Shown here in pieces: positions 50,718 to 63,800 of a stretch of 64,000 bases of DNA (position 1 is its first letter; every line of letters begins with the position of its first letter). A program made the translations under genes and the position numbers. Source of the stretch: Macrostomum lignano (Eukaryota); assembly GCA_002269645.1 (NCBI GenBank), contig NIVC01001520.1, forward strand, positions 124,001 through 188,000. Direction: 5' to 3'. The notes under the pieces were generated by a model. That model was given only the letters and a program-made list of their open reading frames with translations. It did not search any database and was not told the DNA's origin.

Positions 50718-53700
50718 ATGGTAAGTTAGGGCCTAAGTTGAAACTGGTAAAGTTTTAAATGGTAAATTAAACTAAATAATCATTCAGTCTAATTATGTTT
50801 ATCATCCTTGTCAGACTATGTTTTATCCATTCTTAGAAATTGAAAGCAAATGAAAGTAATTTAAACGAAAAACTTTGTCCTTAATTACATAAATAAACCA
50901 TCAAAGCTAGTTCACATATGCTTCACTTACGACTATTGCCTAATTATCTTTTCATTGTTAGTGACAACTTTTATAGCAGCTATAAAAATATCTCATTTAA
51001 CTAGCATAATTTATTACGGCAGTTATTGTATGGCTAACTTTAATTATACGAGAAATAGTTTTAAATTGCATAAAAAATTAATTCCAGATGCTATCTATTT
51101 GATTGTTAATCGATGTACATGTAAAACTTTATGCAAGTGATATTATTTGTTTGCAAATTTAAGCACACATATGACTGGGAATTTTTATTGCGTACAAAAA
51201 TGCTGCATTGTATAGTATTTAAGTGAAAAATATATTATTAAGTAGACTTACTGCATGGTCTATTCCCTAACTTGACATATTTTTAAAGACAATTTCTAAA
51301 ATATTTTTAGATTCATTTATGCTACTGTTCAGCAGGCAGGGTAAACTTCGACTACAAAAGTGGTACATCTCTCAGACGGACAAGGCAAAAAAGAAGATCA
51401 CTCGAGATTTGGTCACTCTTATTCTTGCTAGAAAACCAAAGATGTGCTCCTTTTTAGAGTGGAAAGAGTTGAAGATTGTGTATAAAAGGCAAGGACACAC
51501 AATACCACTGTCAGCGTCATTCTCAGATATCGCATATTTAAAAAACTCTTCATGCCATTGGTACTTTTACAGATACGCGAGTCTCTATTTCTGCTGCGCT
51601 ATTGAACAGCAGGACAATGAGCTTCTCTGTCTCGAAGTCATACATCGCTATGTTGAACTTCTTGATAAGTACTTTGGAAGCGTAAGTGCTCGTACTCAAT
51701 GTACTATTCAGAAGTAGATTGACTTTGTGTTTTTTATATACAAACAAAACAGGCTTGATTTAACTTCTACAGGTCTGCGAGCTGGACATTATATTTAACT
51801 TTGAGAAAGCCTACTTTATGCTGGACGAGTTTATACTAGGCGGTGAGGTTCAGGAGACAAGCAAAAAGAACGTGTTGAAGGCCATCGCCGCGCAGGATCT
51901 GTTGCAGGAGGTAAATTCTTAATTATCAAGGATGTTTTTTGTACAGTGCTTGCACTCCAAAAGTGCTTCTTATGTTTGCTTGATTCAATAAATGCTTCTT
52001 GTTTATTTTTAATTAACAACGAATGAGAAACATAGCAAAAATCTAACATGCACATTCATTGCTGTATGCTTATTTTTTGCATTTAACTTTTGCGTTTAGC
52101 TTTGTCCAACTCTGCTGTTTTGACTGTCTCAAATGGAATTCAGGTGTCTCACAAGTGTCTCAGATGTTTAAACAATGTAGATCACACATGGATTTCAGGT
52201 GTCTCATATTCCTGGAATTTTCCTTGCACACACAATAGGAGTTAAGATGTCTTACTTGGCGATTTCAGGTGTCTCACAATGGATTTCAGGTGTCTCACAA
52301 TGGATTTCAGCTGTCTCACATTGGATTTCAGCTGTCTCACAATGGATTTCAGCTGTCTCACAATGGATTTCAGCTGTCTCACAATGGATTTCAGCTGTCT
52401 CACAATGGATTTCAGCTGTCTCACAATGGATTTCAGCTGCCACACAGGGGATTTCAGGTGTCTCAAGATGGATTTAATGTGTCCACAGGGAATTTCAGGT
52501 GTCTTACGATGGATTTCGGGTGTCTCACAATGGATTTCAGGTGCCTCACAATGAATTTCACTGCCAATCCTAATATTCCACATGGTAAATGAAGAATGTG
52601 CTTTTAGAAAGTTCAGTAGTATTTCGCGATTAGTTCAAACTTAGCAGAGAACTGTTAAGAATTAAGCCATTTAGGACACTAAGCCACTAGGACGGAAGCT
52701 AGTAGGACTGTCCTTCCGCGCAACCAAATTCAATTCAATAAGCGACTCAACCGCCCTCCAATAAATCTAGAACGATGCCCTTTTGGAAGCGCTAAAAGAA
52801 TACGGATTGATTTAACCGAGTTGCAAGAACGCCATCATGCGATTCTCTATGCATAAGTCTACTATATAGTACTATATAGAACGAGCGAAAATATTTGCGT
52901 TATCGCAAGCCGAATTATTACTCAGAAATTTGTTTCTTTGTCAGTGTTAGAAGATCCTTGTCTTTGTTATTTCCTGACAGTTCTATATAAACTGTTTGTC
53001 ACTATACTATTAATTATATGGCTGCCAATCCTAAACTGACAAATTCACTTATTTTCAACACGATGCACCGCATTGATGATGTTGATTTTGTACTGTATCC
53101 CACCTTCACGTGCATTCAGCATCAATTTCATTTATATAAGTACTGTCAACTGACTTCTATAAAAAATCTAAACCATTTTGTTAAAACTTTCAGCTATATT
53201 TTGCTAGAATTTTAAGTCCGAATATTGCAGTATTAGCGACTCGTACGAGATTAAACAAATCGAAGATACGACACAGATTTATTTTGAATAATCGGTTTTA
53301 ATGACGTGTTTTTTTGAAAGTTGAATCTAAACAAATTAAACTTTGGTATATCACTTATTATATTATGCTTATAGTTTCTGTCAGATTGACTGTCTCGATC
53401 CAAATGCTCGTAAAATGTGTTTTACCTACCTGCCAATTGCCCTTAAATGTAACTTAATGAGAAATGGAATCTGCACATTCTCGGTCGGGATCTCGCAAGC
53501 TGGTTTCTCAATTTTCAACAGCTTCAATTTTTGAACAAATAGCTGACATTCCTTTTACCCGATTGTACGTGTCTAGGTATTAATAAAAATATTAATGTGT
53601 TTCAATAATCATTATTAGTGGAGTTCAATTACCTAGCAATAAAAGTAACAATATTTGTGTCACCTATTTCTAATCACGCCCGATTGTGTGATCATTTCCA

Positions 53701-54200
53701 TCAATTAAGGAGGAAACGCCGCAGGGATTTATCGAGGATCACGTCTTGGATAATAATCGCAGCCTAGTCAGTAGCTACTATTAGTAGTATATCTTATTTC
53801 CTACTAATAGCGAGTCGCTCATAAAAATTGTCAGAAGTTTTATTTTATTGGTGGTGATGGTTTTTTGTTTTTTGTTACAGAAAACTTCCACAATTTTGCC
53901 ATTTATTGTCGTTGTTGTTGTGGTGGTGGTTTCGCTTGCCTTATTAAATTCTCAGCCAAGTAGTAGCCATGGTTACAAGTTCATCCATTCTATTACCTAG
54001 ATTTTCGTTAAGCTTAGCTAGCTACATTTCATATCGAAATTACCTTGTTGTGTCCATTAATGGATATAGATGTACTGTAATATGAAACTCAATTGGTAAT
54101 AAATATCGATTTCTCATTGATTTTTCAGGACAGCAACGAGCCCAAATCCGTGCTAGAGGACCTGGGATTGGCCAACATTGCTAGCGCTTTGTCTTCTTGA
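50718..54200 (+). CDS. AP1S: AP-1 adaptor complex sigma subunit; exons 50718-50720, 51311-51488, 51573-51681, 51773-51910, 54129-54200
   Basis: [63 protein letters not shown]; GC-AG intron 2; apparent 1-nt T deletion at 51316-51318. Confidence 0.95.
52255..52550. repeat. 21-bp minisatellite in AP1S intron 4
   Basis: Unit gtctcacaatggatttcagct. Confidence 0.95.
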
Positions 54201-57200
54201 GTTCCTCTTTGCGTGGTTGAACTTTTACTTGTTTACAAAAAGTTAAGGCATTGATCGTAGTTTTAACTAAAAAGCCAAAAAATCATTTCGGATCAGTTTG
54301 ATGTATCTACTAGCAAGATATTACTTGTTTAGTAGCATTGCAGTAATAAGAATAAGATTAGGATTCGTATTACAGTATTGTGTAGCTTATTAACAGCTAC
54401 AAGTGTGGAATATAATATTTACACGCTTTTAAGATAGAAGCAATTCAAGCTTGTATAATGAGTCTCTTTCTTAAAACACTCGCTGCAATTTTGGTTGGAA
54501 GTTTAATCTTTTTATATTGATTTCCTGTTGTCGCTAACTGTTATCAGTAGCTCTAGTTTTCATCATATTTTACGCCCTAGTCATCAGTTTTATTTAGCTA
54601 TACATGCTTCCTATCAATAAGATTTATTGGTTGTGTTATCTCTTTTTTAAGGCTTTTAAGCAGCTCTCGCGAATAATACGAGTTACTTACAAAAGTCACG
54701 TTGCAAAATGGGGACTACAAAAAATCTATCGCGTTTTGCGTCTCCAGATGAATTCTTAAGTTCGTTAAATATATGATCCCTTTTTATGGCTTATCTATAG
54801 TGTAGCCCAGTAGAATATTGAATGCATTTTAATCGATATTATTAAGCGTATTTTTCCCATATCTCTACTATCAGTAAAATATCAAATAAAAGTTCTTTAT
54901 GAATAATTTTATACATGTAATATTCTGTAATTTTTACTGTAAGTAAAGTAGCAAGCGCATGCTCTTTATTCTGATTGCCATTCTATCAATAAACGTATAC
55001 GAAATAAAATATTATACTAGCTTGCTCTTCTCTGCTCAACAATGCAGTCTTCCTGATCGATTCTTCCCCTGGTTAATCTCTCTAAGCCTCTCTCTAGTTC
55101 TGATGAGTAGCTTTTTAGACAAATAAAATTACTCAAATTAAATTAATCGCTGGATTTATTTGATTAAAACAAAATTCAGACAGAAAATCTGCCCCATGCT
55201 CTGTTTTAATCGTTGATTTTCCCGTATGAAGAGAATTGTTTTTTGTCTGAGACGAGCCCAGTAGTTACTCGTCGCGTTTAATTGGCTCTTTCAAATTACG
55301 AGTATTAAACTCGATTTGTTTAGCGATTTTATCAGACTTAAGCCAGACGTATGTATGGCTATGTTGTTTCTGGGAATTTTCGTCTCAAGCTTCCAGGTGT
55401 TTCTCTGTAACCATTTTTTACCTCACAATACACGCCCCACTGGTATTATTGTTAAGTTGTTTTCTTTGAGCTGCAAAGAATGATAACAATTGATTTTTGG
55501 ACAATGGTGTCTTAAACAAGCGGAAATTCTTCGAGTTTTAGTTTTATTTAATTCTTTTTTTGCTTGGTTAAATAGCAGCTGTGGAATTATCAATAGAATA
55601 TATTTTATGAGCACACAAGCGCGCCAGTGCTGTAGGCAGGCACGCACTCACGCACACGCTCACACAGGGTGTACAGCGGCCCTGACTGTCTAATCGCCAG
55701 GCATGTACACTCTGTGTGCCATGGGGGTTGGCCTGCTCTGCATAAAATAACTTACCTAGTGTTACCTAGCGGACAGCTTGCTTCTATATATTGAGCCAGC
55801 TGTGTGGTAATCCACCCGTGTGTGTGTCTAGAATCAAATCAACCTGCAATTGCTGCCAAACAGCCGGCAGCCCAGCTCCCTTTCTGCACCGCCCACATCT
55901 CGGCTCCCCAGCTAACCCCGCAATCCGCCCTAGCTTTCTCCTCCTTCTCCCCCCCCCTTTCTGGAGGACTCAAGTAAGGAGTCAATTAATTAATGAGTCT
56001 GGCTGAGTCATCTCGCATGCTTGGGGAGCCAAAGAACTCCTGGGCTCCTGCGGAGGCCGCTTCAGCAGGCCTGAAATAAAGTAAATGAAGCGATGCCCTA
56101 GGTCGGCCGTGAATCATTAATGCAGAATCCACATTGTTACAGCATATAAATGTACTGCAGTGTATATACCGACTATGCGCTTGTTCGGTTAACATATTTT
56201 TGTTTGACTACCATATATGGCTGGGTCTAAATTGTTTTTATACTGCTTTGAGTAACACTTCAAAATTATGGCAAGCCTATGATTGTATATTGAAAATTAT
56301 ATTTCTATCCATAGAGTAATAGTTTTTATTTCGACTAGTCTTGCGCATCACGCTGACCCCTGAGCACGCGGGGTGTACCAGCGGCCCTAATTTTCTCAAA
56401 GTCAGGCATGTAACACACTGCGCCGTTAATAATCATGGATGAGAATCGCACGACAATTTCTGAGCACAATCGCCAAATGTATGTGGCTGCTCACGGAATC
56501 GAACCCTTGGCACACTGCCCGCGATCTCGCTAGTGTATTCCGAAGCAGAATTGGGGCCTTCAAATAATTCCCCATCATCTTGAAATGTTACGCGTCCTTC
56601 TTCTGTATGCTGCAATGAAAAGCAGATGTGTAGCAGAAAAGCACTCAGTTGCTGAGGACACCGCATCATGCAGCATCTCTCGCATCTCCCTGGGAAGTTG
56701 CTAACTCAAAGGGGCGTGCGTGATCATAAATTTGAGTCGGGACTGTCTATCAGCCTCCGCTATGCGCGCGGCGGCATACAGTCTTAGCCACTATATAGCT
56801 ATATCCTTATTTTGGCCGAGTCCAGTCCGCCGGACAGCCAGAAGCTGCGATGATAGAAAAGTCGAGGAAGAAAACTCGGACGGCCAAGACAGAGAAGTCA
56901 TAAATATTCAGCCAAGTAGTGCATTCGCTGCCCCCGCTGCCTGCCCCTTCAATTCCTTTTTCTTCTCCGAGCTCTCACGCCTCTCTCCCCATTTTAATCC
57001 CGCCGATTGCCTCGGCTTTCGTAATCCCGGGGGGTCTCTCGCGGGGCAGGGAGGCCGGGTGGGAGCTGGAGAATGGGAGGGGGAGAGTATTAGGAAATAA
57101 AGTCAAATTCGAAACGACCTCGCTCCGCGCTGTTCCGCCGAACAATCGGCACCTCACATACAGAGAAAATGCCTGCGCCTAATTCTGCTGAAAATAAAAT

Positions 57201-57789
57201 CCCAAACTGCATGAGCGGTTTGCGGGAATTCCTCTCACTCAGCTTTCCCACTCCCTCTTCCCCTCTTGCGGCTCTCACACCCGATCCAACCCAAAAAACT
57301 CGCCCACTTCCCCTCTCCCACAGAAAAAGAAGCAGAAAGATGGCGTTAGAGAGTGAAGAGTCCAAGAAATAGATTTGGCCTGCCGCAGAGAGAGTGGGGA
57401 GAGAAAAGAAATTGGCAAAATACAGAAGACTTCTTCTGAGCCAATACGGCTTAGCGGCCTATGCCCGACGCGCTCGCTGAGCTGACCGAGCGCCCCTCCC
57501 ACTGGCGGCCAGCGCCAGCGCCCGGAGACTCATAAAAGACTCGCCATGCAGGCAGCACTAAGGGCCGGCTGCCAGCGCTCCCCGCCGAGGCTTAATTGGC
57601 TTCTCTGTGAGGGGGGGGGGTTGGGAGGCGGGCAGCCCGCGCTCAGATTCGCCTCAGCTTTCCCTCGTTCCGTCCCATCTCTCCCGAAAATGCCCAACGA
57701 CTAACGGCCCCTACGCTGCAGTTTATAGCTGCTGCATTCATATGGCTCCCCCACTGCAGTAGCCGCTGCCTCCGCTCCCTGCATTGCCC

Positions 57790-57990
57790 CTCTCTCATTC
57801 TCTTTGCTGTCTTTATACCCCAATGGACGCGCACAGTTTTTTGACATCAACTTTGACAAAGCGAGCTTCATTACATCGGCCGCTGCGATAGAACCGATCG
57901 GCATGGAACTGGGAGACGCTGGCAAGTTGAATATGACTATTCCATTGTGCTCCTCATGATAGCTAGGCGCGGCCTTAGCTTTTGTATTCC
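57790..57990 (-). pseudogene. Possible LINE (CR1/L2-type) ORF1 fragment
   Basis: EEHNGIVIFNLPAS..ARPLGYK resembles the N(I/V)VIFNLPE..RLG pattern; no neighbouring RT seen. Confidence 0.25.
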
Positions 57991-58116
57991 TATTTGGACT
58001 GGTTAAAAAGCTCTCAAGAGAAAAAAGTTTAAAACAAGCATTGGTGCAGAACTGCAGGAGATACACAACTGGTGCTCATTTTTAGAGCACAGCAGAAATG
58101 AGTGCGTCTACATCTA

Positions 58117-58499
58117 GTTTTGTAGCAGCACTGAGCTAAGATCGAGTAGTTTTGTAGCAGCACTGAGCTAAGATCGAGTAGTTTTGTAGCAGCACTGAGC
58201 TAAGATCGAGTAGTTTTGTAGCAGCACTGAGCTAAGCTCGAGTAGTTTTGTAGCAGAACTGAGCTAAGATCGAGTAGTTTTGTAGCAGCACTGAGCTAAG
58301 ATCGAGTAGTTTTGTAGCAGCACTGAGCTAAGATCGAGTAGTTTTGTAGCAGCACTGAGCTAAGATCGAGTAGTTTTGTAGCAGCACTGAGCTAAGATCG
58401 AGTAGTTTTGTAGCAGCACTGAGCTAAGATCGAGTAGTTTTGTAGCAGCACTGAGCTAAGATCGAGTAGTTTTGTAGCAGCACTGAGCTAAGATCGAGT
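58117..58499. repeat. 32-bp minisatellite running into an assembly gap
   Basis: Unit agtagttttgtagcagcactgagctaagatcg. Confidence 0.95.
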
Positions 58500-58585
58500 N
58501 NNNNNNNNNNNNNNNNNNNNNNNNNNNNNNNNNNNNNNNNNNNNNNNNNNNNNNNNNNNNNNNNNNNNNNNNNNNNNNNNNNNNN
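58500..58585. other. Assembly gap (N run)
   Basis: 86 Ns between two unrelated satellites. Confidence 1.
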
Positions 58586-59125
58586 TCACACCTGGATCAG
58601 CCGAAATCTCACACCTGGATCAGCCGAAATCTCACACCTGGATTAGCCAAAATCTCACATCTGGATCAGCCGAAATCTCACACCTGGATTAGCCAAAATC
58701 TCACATCTGGATCAGCCGAAATCTCACACCTGTATTAGCCAAAATCTCACATCTGGATCAGCCGAAATCTCACAACTGGGTCAGCAAACCAGCCGAAATC
58801 TCACAACTGGGTTAGCAAACCAGCTGAAACCTCACACCTGGATCAGCCGAAATCTCACACCTGGATTAGCCAAAATCTCACATCTGGATCAGCCGAAATC
58901 TCACAACTGGGTTAGCAAACCAGCCGAAACCTCACAACTGGGTTAGCAAACCAGCCGAAACTCACACCTGTATCATCAAACCAGCCGAAACCTCACACCT
59001 GTATCATCAAAACCAGCCGACACCTCACACCTGTATCATCAAACCAGCCGAAACCTCACACTTGTATCATCAAACGAGCCGAAACCTCACACCTGGATTA
59101 GCAAACGAGCCGAAATTCTCACACC
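58586..59125. repeat. 23-30-bp minisatellite
   Basis: Unit cagccgaaatctcacacctggat and variants. Confidence 0.9.
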
Positions 59126-59997
59126 CTGATAAATGATGCCTCTGAAGTATCAAGCTTCATCAAAAACCATTCCCTAGACCATACGCAGAGCTCTGAAGGG
59201 AAGATGAGAGCTCAGCTATACATATAAGCTTTACAGTTAGCTTATTACTTATTAAACAGCGGCGCAAGTGTGCTGAAGAATATTCCAACAAACCGGCCCC
59301 AAGGCCTGGACATAGAAGATAACCATCCAGAATCCGTCACTACAAGCGTAATATTAGAATTTAATAAATTGTAATGCCCATCGGGCGGACCCAGAACGCG
59401 CTCAGAATGGAATACAGCAAGTGGAATAGCTGATTAAGCCGACACGGTCTCCAGCTGCAGGCGAAGCACAAGTGACAATCGAAATTTCTCACTCTCGAGA
59501 ATGCAGTGAAGCTACAGCATACGCAGCTTCTATTGCGAGAAGGGAATTTTTCTTTTAAGAAGCAGAAATTCATCTGAATATTTGATTACTCCTAGCTAAG
59601 GGGCAGAGAGCCAATTTTTTTATCCTGGACTTTTGGGGCTACTATTGGGTGATTTCTAGTCAAACTACTGCTGTTAATTTGGGTGATCAGTAGTAAATAT
59701 GTGCATAAATACGACACAAACCAAGCCAACGCATTCTATATTTAACTATAAATGAACATACAAAAAGAGCACCACATAGTCAACTGTATAATTTGTTTCC
59801 GAAAAAAATATTACAAGCAATTGGAATTCTGGGAAAGCACAATAGATTTTACTAGAGCTACAAGTAATTTACAATGCATTTAGAATGGGCGGATATAAGC
59901 TGAGTTCAGGCCTGGTGTTGCCTTAGACAGAAAATCAGTACTCAGATGTCTTAAAAATGTTTCATGGTGAGGATGTCTCACAGATTTCAGGGCTGGG

Positions 59998-60780
59998 GTG
60001 TCTCAGACATTGCAGGAATAAGGGAGTCAGACATTGCAGGAATAAGGGAGTCAGACATTGCAGGAATAAGGGTGTCTCAGACATTGCAGGAATAAGGGAG
60101 TCTCAGACATTGCAGGGATAAGGGAGTCTCAGACATTGCAGGGATAAGGGTGTCTCAGACATTGCAGGAATAAGGGAGTCAGACATTGCAGGAATAAGGG
60201 AGTCAGACATTGCAGGAATAAGGGTGTCTCAGACATTGCAGGAATAAGGGAGTCTCAGACATTGCAGGGATAAGGGAGTCTCAGACATTGCAGGGATAAG
60301 GGTGTCTCAGACATTGCAGGGATAAGGGAGTCTCAGACATTGCAGGGATAAGGGTGTCTCAGACATTGCAGGAATAAGGGAGTCTCAGACATTGCAGGAA
60401 TAAGAGAGTCTCAGACATTGCAGGGATAAGGGAGTCTCAGACATTGCAGGGATAAGGGAGTCTCAGACATTGCAGGGATAAGGGTGTCTCAGACATTGCA
60501 GGAATAAGGGAGTCTCAGACATTGCAGGAATAAGAGAGTCTCAGACATTGCAGGGATAAGGGTGTCTCAGACATTGCAGGAATAAGGGAGTCTCAGACAT
60601 TGCAGGGATAAGGGTGTCTCAGACATTGCAGGAATAAGGGAGTCTCAGACATTGCAGGAATAAGAGAGTCTCAGACATTGCAGGGATAAGGGTGTCTCAG
60701 ACATTGCAGGAATAAGGGAGTCTCAGACATTGCAGGAATAAGGGAGTCTCAGACATTGCAGGAATAAGGGAGTCTCAGAC
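59998..60780. repeat. 24-26-bp minisatellite immediately 3' of TUBGCP5
   Basis: Unit tctcagacattgcaggaataagggag. Confidence 0.95.
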
Positions 60781-60805
60781 AGGCAGACCTACAGTGTTCA
60801 CGAGC

Positions 60806-63800
60806 TCAGGCCATGGCGGACACCAGTGGCTCGATGTGCTCAGCCAGGCCAGTCTTGGCGAAGGTGGCAACAAATGCGGCGAAAAACTGCCGGCCAGAGT
60901 CCAGCTTGGCCTGCATGGATTCAACAATGTCTGCTGTGAGCCGGTCGTCCGACCAGCGACGCGAGAACACCACGGCGGAGCGGAACAGGCCAGACATCAT
61001 CTGGCGGACCGGGGAGCCGCCGACGACTTCCCAGCGGTGGCGGCGGCGGCCTCGCCAGTGTCAATCAGGCACACCTGAGCGCATCTGGTGGCGAACTGGT
61101 CGAGAACGGAGCGCAGCTCGTCCGGCCCAGCCTGGCAGGCAGCCAGACGGTCGGGCAGATCGGCCGCAGTAGCCAGACGGTGCGCTGTGACCTGATGAAA
61201 AGCTGTCAGCAGGTGCAGCAGCTGCTGTCGAAGGCTGTACACCTGATAGCGCAGGCCGGAATCGTCGGCGCAGCGAAGGCCGTCAAAGCGGAGACGTTCG
61301 AGCAGCTCCTTGGCGCAGCGAAGCTTCAGCAGCCAGCGGAAGGACTCGGAGTACACCTGCGCATGGCGAGTTACTACTTAAAGTAGAATACTATTTAAAG
61401 CGGCATATGAATGATTTCTAATTGGGAAAAATAGAATAACTAACAGAAATATGCCTGACCGACACTACAAGATGGTCAGGTGTGCAGCGCTGGCACCGTG
61501 GGGGTCACTGCATCCCCCAGAGGGGCGACACCAAACCTCTATTAAGCTGCGTACTAACCGCGGCCAGCTCTACTTAACTTATACAATGCTAGATTATTGA
61601 AGAACCAATAAAAAACCATGCATACCCGCAGCGTAGTCTCCGTAAATACGACGCCAAGTGGCCAAGGCGGTTCGCAATTCAGCTTGAGGCTGTCAATCAA
61701 CAGCAGGCCGCCGGCGGCCGACTCAGAGCCGTGCTCAACGGCGGCGGTGGCAGCTGGTGAAGTCAGCGTCAGCCATACGGAGTTGGCAAACTGGGCCGAG
61801 TGGCAGGCCGGCTGTCCGGCTAGCAGGCAGGCGCGCAGACTGAGATTCAGCGCCAGCTCGTCGCTGGTCGGTTGGCCGACGCGCAGTTCAGCGTAGAGCA
61901 GGTCGCACAGCGGCGTGAGCAGGTCCCGGTCAAGCATTAAGAACAGGCTGTGCGCGAATGCGACAAAGTCCGCTAAGCGAAGCTGCGGCCCGATCAGGGA
62001 CTCAACAGCCAGCCGGTTCACCTGACGGCACCGGTTGCGGATCGCTGATTGGACTAGGCGTTCGACCGAAGCGGATGTCGGCATAGCGTTGCTGTCGGAG
62101 GCCGCCGAGTCGCCGCAGTTTCCAGAAACAGCAGGCGGTGGAAGCAACTGGACGCTGCGCCACAGGAGAGGCGCCTCCATGCGGAGCTGGTCAGCATCCG
62201 TGTGCGGCAGGGCGAGCGGGTAGCTGGGCGGATTTGAGGCGAGGATTGCACTTTTTATGCCTAATCGTAATGCTACTTGTCTAGAGACCGATTCAGAGGT
62301 CAAATCTAGAGACCGATTCAGAGGTCAAATCTAGAGACCGATTCAGAGGTCAAATCTAGAGACCGATTCAGAGGTCAAATCTAGAGACCGATTCAGAGGT
62401 CAAATCTAGAGACCGATTCTGAGGTCAAATCTAGAGACCGATTCTGAGGTCAAATCTAGAGACCGATTCTGAGGTCAAATCTAGAGACCGATTCTAAGGT
62501 CAAGTATAGTTGAATAATAATACACTACACCTGCCCTAATACCCCAACCGACAGCTCAGCCGCAGCTATCGCGCGGCGCATCTGAAGGCTGCGTACGGCT
62601 GTTCAGTCCAAGGACTGGGGGTTCGCCACACACCCTCAATTACCCCAGATAATGCTGGCACCCATTTTACAGCTGGGTGAACTGAAGCAATGCAGAGTTA
62701 AGTTTCTTGCTCTTTCAGTCGTGAGTCCGACGCTTTAACCACTAGGCTACAACCCCTAGCGGCTAATGAGCAAGGCAATACAGATTGGTTGAGGTTAGTC
62801 AAGAGGTAATCGTTATCGCCATCCAGCAACTCACCGATATTCGACCGGCGCCTCAACGGAAAACGACTGCTGACCATCGCGAACGTCAGCAAGCAGCCGG
62901 TGCAGCGGGGCCGCCTCGCCAAGCTGAGTCAAGCTTCGCCAAATTTTAGGCAGATGCCGCCTCTCGCTGACAGCCTTTAACAGGTGGGCGGACATCGCTG
63001 CCGAGGTCAGGTCGGGCAGCAGCGGGCGCAGCAACTGCGGCACGGCCCGATCGACAATCGGCAGCGGAGCCAGCCAGTAGGCCGACTCAGGCGGCGGGTC
63101 GGCGGGCAGCGGCGGCAGGAAGGGCAGGCCGGGCGCTGGTCGGCCGCACAGCAGGCGGTCCAGCTGTTCCAACAGCGGCTGAAGGCACAGACGGAAGGCC
63201 CGCCGAGAAAAGGCGGCGTAGATTGGCGATTCGGTCAAGTCGGCTCGGGCAGCCTGGCGCTCCAGGCAGTCGAGCAGTCGAACTCCGGCTGCCGGATCTT
63301 TGACTGCCGCGTCAGCGTCCGACCAGGCCACTCTGTTGACCAACGCGGCAGCCCCGGCGATAGCGCGTTGCCATGGCAACATGGCCGAGCGCAGGCGCAT
63401 CAGACTTGACTCGGTCTCTAAGCGGAGTAAACCGTTTTGAAATGGCGCCAACAGGTCCGCATGCAGCCGGCCGGCCAGCGCCGACACCGACGGAGACAAA
63501 TCAGCGCCGTTGCTACGCAACAGGCGTTCGGCTAGCAACCGCAGCCTAGCAACGGAGGTGCCCAGATTGGCGAAATCGGCTAGCAGCCGGTCAAAAGCGC
63601 CGTCGGTCAGATGAGGCATGCACCCACGGCCGGAGACCGTAACTGAAGGCGTATTGGCAGTGGAGTCCCAGGTGTACAGCATGGAGTCCCTGGACCCGGA
63701 CAGCATCCAGATTGTCTCCCGGACAGCCTGGTATTGAGTCACTTCAACTCGAGCAGCTCCGGAGATGGCGCCGCCGGCTGGCGTTGATCGAAGAAGCAAC

